Part shown: positions 6,610 through 8,364 of the stretch, in pieces | Layout: the number at the start of each line of letters is the position of its first letter | Numbering within the stretch: the first letter of the stretch is position 1 | IMG/VR virus record: IMGVR_UViG_2778261360_000001 | Span: 1-8,364 of that record | Strand: one strand, 5' to 3' | DNA: 8,364 bases | Origin: a virus | Taxonomy: Duplodnaviria > Heunggongvirae > Uroviricota > Caudoviricetes | Made by a program: the position numbers and the translations under genes | Notes under the pieces: model-generated | Seen by the model: only the letters and a program-made list of their open reading frames with translations | Told to the model about the DNA's origin: nothing | Database searches by the model: none

Positions 6610-7202
6610 TGATTACCATCCTGACGTTCTTTGAGTCGCTTCCTGGCTGCTGCTATGCGATCAGCAATTGTCACATTCACATTAACATCCAGACGTTCTT
6701 TGAACGCGTTGACATCAACATGCTTACCAATCATCTCAAGGTTCTTCACCTTGTCAGGCCATTTAATTTTTTTGAGGATTGTCTCTATCGAATCCTCGTT
6801 CATGTTCATGATGGTCGATGACAGATCAAAGCCACTAAGCGTAGTGCGCCAGATTTTCGGCCACTCACGGATTGGTTTAAGGCTCCCATCGTCGTTGAGG
6901 ATGTCGATCACGTCCATCTGGTCGATCTCCACCAGGCGCATGAGAACGTAATCAGCACTGACGCGCATTCGTTTGTTGCGCTCCTCCATCAACTCGGCAA
7001 TCCGTTTTTGAATGCGTTCATCGCGCATCATGACACTGGCTTTAACTGCCGCTGTATTTGGGGAGAATCCTGCGTTAATCGCTGCCTGAGTCTGGTTTTC
7101 AGGCGTTTTGATGTATGACTGGCAATAAGCCTCCTGCATTGCTGTTAGTGGCTTAAATTGCGTTGATTTGCGTTTATAGGTTTTATGTTCAGCAGGCATC
7201 AT
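6606..7202 (-). CDS. Terminase small subunit, about 198 aa. Start is at the ATG-ATG pair at 7202/7199; the ORF-finder extension to 7280 uses a TTG and runs through a terminator hairpin.
   Basis: N-terminal region (KPLTAMQEAYCQSYIKTPENQTQAAINAGFSPNTAAVKA...) matches the helix-turn-helix N-terminus typical of phage small terminase subunits. Lies immediately upstream of, and overlaps, the terminase large gene. Confidence 0.8.
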   Translation of the reverse strand: MMPAEHKTYKRKSTQFKPLTAMQEAYCQSYIKTPENQTQAAINAGFSPNTAAVKASVMMRDERIQKRIAELMEERNKRMRVSADYVLMRLVEIDQMDVIDILNDDGSLKPIREWPKIWRTTLSGFDLSSTIMNMNEDSIETILKKIKWPDKVKNLEMIGKHVDVNAFKERLDVNVNVTIADRIAAARKRLKERQDGNQ

Positions 7203-7209
7203 AACCACC

Positions 7210-7238
7210 GTGGTAATAGTTACCGTTGTGGTAATAGT
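7210..7238. repeat. Two exact 11-bp direct repeats, GTGGTAATAGT at 7210-7220 and 7228-7238, each followed by (T)ACC, directly upstream of the terminase small start
   Basis: Read directly from the sequence; 18-bp periodicity. On the minus strand the unit is ACTATTACCAC, repeated twice. Confidence 0.8.
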
Positions 7239-7243
7239 ACCAT

Positions 7244-7271
7244 GCAAAATAAAGCCGCCATAGTTGGCGGC
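7244..7271 (-). terminator. Intrinsic terminator on the minus strand between the small upstream genes and terminase small
   Basis: 7-bp stem GCCGCCA/TGGCGGC with a 4-nt loop (7254-7271), followed on the minus-strand transcript by UUUAUUUUG (plus-strand 7244-7253 is GCAAAATAAA). Confidence 0.6.
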
Positions 7272-7311
7272 AGTATTCAAAACCCATCAAATTCATCATG
7301 CATAATCTACT

Positions 7312-7325
7312 CGTGACATGTCACA
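7312..7325. repeat. 14-bp sequence CGTGACATGTCACA (12-bp perfect palindrome core), copy 2; overlaps the stop codon of the RHH-like ORF
   Basis: Identical to 5047-5060. Confidence 0.8.
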
Positions 7326-7659
7326 CTATTAATTTCGTTTCATGCCAGCCTTTGGTCACCCAGCATTGCGAGTCACCATTACACGGGCATGAATTCACAG
7401 GAACTCTCTCGCCGCACTTACCGCAACGTTTTCTGCTGATCGATTTTATACGCCCGCGCACGCGTGCATCATCCTGGCGGATCAGCAGCGCGATGTACTC
7501 GGCCATTTCATAGGGATCGCGACCAGGGCGCCGGGCGGCGCAGTTCCGCGCCAGCATTTCCTGCTCCTGCTTATCCAGCACCAGTTCAATTTTGCGCTCA
7601 CCGGCGGCGGACTGCCGAGCGCGCTGCGCGGCTTTGCGTTCTGCGGGGGATTTAGCCAC
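7321..7659 (-). CDS. Putative small DNA-binding protein, about 112 aa: ribbon-helix-helix-like N-terminus and Cys-rich (zinc-ribbon-like) C-terminus. GTG start at 7659 or 7668.
   Basis: An RKIELVLD strand-like segment followed by a helix fits the RHH pattern; C-terminal CGKCG...CPC...C cluster. No ATG until codon 38 of the longest ORF. GGAG lies 8 nt upstream of the GTG at 7659. The start region overlaps the end of the 40-aa peptide ORF. Confidence 0.5.
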   Translation of the reverse strand: MAKSPAERKAAQRARQSAAGERKIELVLDKQEQEMLARNCAARRPGRDPYEMAEYIALLIRQDDARVRGRIKSISRKRCGKCGERVPVNSCPCNGDSQCWVTKGWHETKLIV

Positions 7660-7774
7660 GAATCGCACTCCACGCCAGATTGATTAATGACTCCCAGGCA
7701 ATATAAACCCGGATACCAGCAGCCAGGCCGAAACCAATCACCATGGCATAAAGCAGAGCGTTGCACTTGTTCAT
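7652..7774 (-). CDS. Small hydrophobic membrane peptide, 40 aa (MNKCNALLYAMVIGFGLAAGIRVYIAWESLINLAWSAIRG); not in the supplied ORF track
   Basis: ATG at 7774 overlaps the TAA stop of the DUF551-like gene (TAATG) and is preceded by a strong SD (AGGAGGTGAAGTA-ATG). One predicted transmembrane segment. Hand-translated from the sequence. Confidence 0.5.
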   Translation of the reverse strand: MNKCNALLYAMVIGFGLAAGIRVYIAWESLINLAWSAIRG

Positions 7775-8079
7775 TACTTCACCTCCTGTTTCGGCACTGC
7801 TGGCATTTCACGCCAGTGCGTAACTGAGTGCGGATCCGGATATTCGGTGCCATCATCCCAGCGATTGCCATTCCACATTGCAGACCACATCTCACCGTCT
7901 TCATACATGACCATTACCGGAATTAACTTATCTGGCATCTGCTCACTACAGCTTATCCAACCATCCTTAATGCAATTACCTTGACTCTGAAGCATAGCGG
8001 CACGACAGGCGTTCCAGCCTCTCACCTCTGCAATAGCGGCAACAGCATCGACCGCGTACATTTTAAGAGGGTTAGGCAT
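7774..8079 (-). CDS. DUF551-like phage protein, 101 aa
   Basis: C-terminal segment W-x(n)-P-x(n)-VTHWREMPAVP resembles the conserved C-terminal motif of the DUF551 family common in lambdoid early regions. Weak SD. Recognised by eye. Confidence 0.6.
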   Translation of the reverse strand: MPNPLKMYAVDAVAAIAEVRGWNACRAAMLQSQGNCIKDGWISCSEQMPDKLIPVMVMYEDGEMWSAMWNGNRWDDGTEYPDPHSVTHWREMPAVPKQEVK

Positions 8080-8148
8080 TGGTTTTTCTTCAGGTACTAC
8101 TGGAATGGGTGGGGCGGCGTAGACCTCAATAATTCCATTATCAATAGG

Positions 8149-8364
8149 TCATTCTCCATCCTTGAGGTAGTCACTTGTGCCGTCAACTTGCTGTTCTGCA
8201 ATGTGGAATGCACCTATTGGTTTTGCTTCCAGCGATGCCAGAGCAATTCGTGCCAGTTCTTCCGCTTCTTCTGCTGGCAGTACAACGTTGCTACCAGGTC
8301 CGTATGTTTCGCGCCACTGCTTGATTGTCAGCAGTCGCCCTTTGGTAATAGTGATCATGCCGCG
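8149..8364 (-). CDS. Hypothetical protein, 5'-partial at the window edge; the frame is still open at 8364
   Basis: ORF in the same frame as the DUF551-like gene, separated from it by a single TGA (8149-8151) and 23 sense codons. The ATG at 8358 may be internal. Confidence 0.4.
   Translation of the reverse strand, partial: RGMITITKGRLLTIKQWRETYGPGSNVVLPAEEAEELARIALASLEAKPIGAFHIAEQQVDGTSDYLKDGE

Noticed and set aside
7203-7280. N-terminal extension of terminase small to the TTG at 7280 (MNTAANYGGFILHGTITTTVTITTVV...)
   Set aside because: The extension starts at a TTG, would be translated through the terminator hairpin and the direct repeats (giving the odd T/I/V repeat), and the conserved small-terminase N-terminus begins at the internal ATG pair.
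6631-7766. ORFs 6631-6951 (+), 7298-7513 (+), 7464-7655 (+) and 7482-7766 (-)
   Set aside because: They overlap better-supported genes (terminase small, RHH-like protein, 40-aa peptide) in other frames, with Arg/Ser/Cys/Pro-rich composition and no SD.
1-8364. CRISPR array, integrase or att site, IS element, or toxin-antitoxin pair
   Set aside because: No regularly spaced direct repeats, no recombinase-like ORF, no terminal inverted repeats bounding a transposase, and no adjacent small-gene pair with toxin-antitoxin hallmarks were seen. The tRNA is full length and internal rather than a truncated att-type 3' fragment.

Overview
This window reads as the DNA-packaging and head-morphogenesis region of a tailed phage or prophage from an enterobacterial-type host, encoded almost entirely on the minus strand. 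In transcription order (high to low coordinates): a 5'-partial ORF, a DUF551-like gene, an unlisted 40-aa membrane peptide and a small RHH/Cys-rich protein; then an intrinsic terminator and direct repeats; terminase small (6606-7202) and large (5134-6609) subunits; a small ORF; a portal gene split into two frames (3748-3470 and 3503-2070); a 98-aa ORF; scaffold; and major capsid. Between terminase and portal sits an oppositely oriented plus-strand insert: a candidate promoter, about 330 nt of structured non-coding sequence, a canonical tRNA-Arg(UCU), two hairpin/T-run terminators, a 123-aa phage protein of unknown function and a bidirectional terminator. This insert is the best candidate for accessory or undescribed biology in the window. 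Other points worth a second look are an identical 14-bp palindrome flanking the terminase pair, a duplicated 12-nt translation-initiation cassette, and the possibility that the element is decaying (portal frameshift). All family assignments are from motif recognition by eye, with no database search run. I cannot assign the phage to a named type.
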